DNA of 64,000 nucleotides, taken from the NCBI GenBank assembly GCA_034780895.1, contig JAUZTB010000072.1, forward strand, positions 14,906,508 to 14,970,507. The letters run 5' to 3'. Shown piece after piece: positions 63,111 to 64,000 of this stretch. Position 1 is the first letter of the stretch, and every line of letters begins with the position of its first letter. Both the position numbers and the translations under genes were made by a program. The notes under the pieces were generated by a model. It searched no databases. It saw only the letters and a list, made by a program, of their open reading frames with translations, and had not been told where the DNA came from. The stretch is from Rhynchobatus australiae (taxonomy: Eukaryota).

Positions 63111-64000
63111 CACCTCTGACTTGCAGAGAAACTGCAGGAGTTGTGGACTATTGAACTAAGCTGCACTTCTACAGTTGTAGCTATGCACCATCCTCAAAGA
63201 TTAATAAGTTAATGTTTAAGAAAGGTCTTTTATATTTTAATTTGTTTTTATTACTTTTGAAACAATGCAGTTTTTTTCAGGGGACTGATATCAGAAGTTG
63301 AGTCACTTGGAATCTCTGGAATCCTTTCCAATATCTGAAAAAGGCCATTCAGTATCTAAGCCTATTTGTACGGCCTGACAGCTATGTTTTTTGGGAGGAA
63401 TGGTGAGGGGAAGGAGAGTGCCCCAGATTTTCACTCCTTTGTATGACGCAGTCAGGACTTCATCCCTGACTGGCCTAGCGCTCGTTTTGAAGTTGCATCC
63501 CTTATTTTAACCTCTTCTGCCAGAGGAGTAGCTGTGGTACTTGTATAACCTACAAAACTAGACCGCTCAGAATTCAGAGGAACCTTAAAAAAGCTCCATT
63601 TTTGGCCAACATGTCTCCTGTGCCATAAATTTCATACTTTGTGCTCTCGAAAATAACATACTTCTTAAAAAGGAAGATTTCTATGCTGGGAAATGGGAAT
63701 AATTTCAACATCACCCAGTCTGCAGTGAAGCTGACCCATGATCTTGATGCTGAGTAGACCTTCCTCATTGGTTCAGCAATACACCTAAACCAGAATCTTA
63801 GACTAGCACAGCCCATTGAACTGTGAAGTTTTCTCACTTCTGTGTTCACTGTGCAGTTGCCAGTCTGTGCTGAATTTTACTTGTGATGTTGGCTTCATTT
63901 GCCAGAAGCTTGACTGGCACTGCTTGTTCATTGAACACAAAGACAGGTAACAAGCAGTTAGGAAAATGCTTGTCTCATTAATCTGTTCAGAATTTGAAGA

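Larger units (their letters stand above)
22836..64000 (+). other. SSU72: SSU72 intron 2 (probable U12-type GT-AG intron), 3' end not found in window
   Basis: Starts GTATCCAT, which matches U12 consensus RTATCCTT at 7 of 8 positions and is a poor U2 donor. No sequence encoding the expected YTQNGILHMLDRN continuation was seen downstream. Confidence 0.75.

Overview
Eukaryotic, AT-rich genomic DNA, most likely a cartilaginous fish (shark or ray). This is inferred from the repeat content: CR1/HER1-like LINEs, HE1-type V-SINEs, SacSINE1-like DeuSINEs, Rex1, RTE, L2 and Penelope-like elements. The scaffold has many 10-N and 100-N gaps. The only host gene I can support is the 5' part of SSU72 (RNA polymerase II CTD phosphatase) on the + strand: a CpG-island promoter (~9700-10326), coding exon 1 (9911-9990), a 12.7 kb intron 1 and coding exon 2 (22692-22835). 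Intron 2 opens with a U12-like donor (GTATCCAT) and runs at least 41 kb; I did not find exon 3. Almost all entries in the supplied ORF track are retroelement debris or chance ORFs, and the track misses both SSU72 exons. Best leads: (1) a sub-optimal minor-spliceosome donor followed by an immediate in-frame stop, a cryptic U2 donor and an AATAAA, a possible autoregulatory intronic-polyadenylation switch; (2) a second U12-like donor motif at the end of exon 1; (3) short Penelope-derived elements carrying a variant minimal hammerhead fold inside SSU72 introns. Repeat boundaries are by-eye estimates and family names come from recalled consensus motifs, not database searches.
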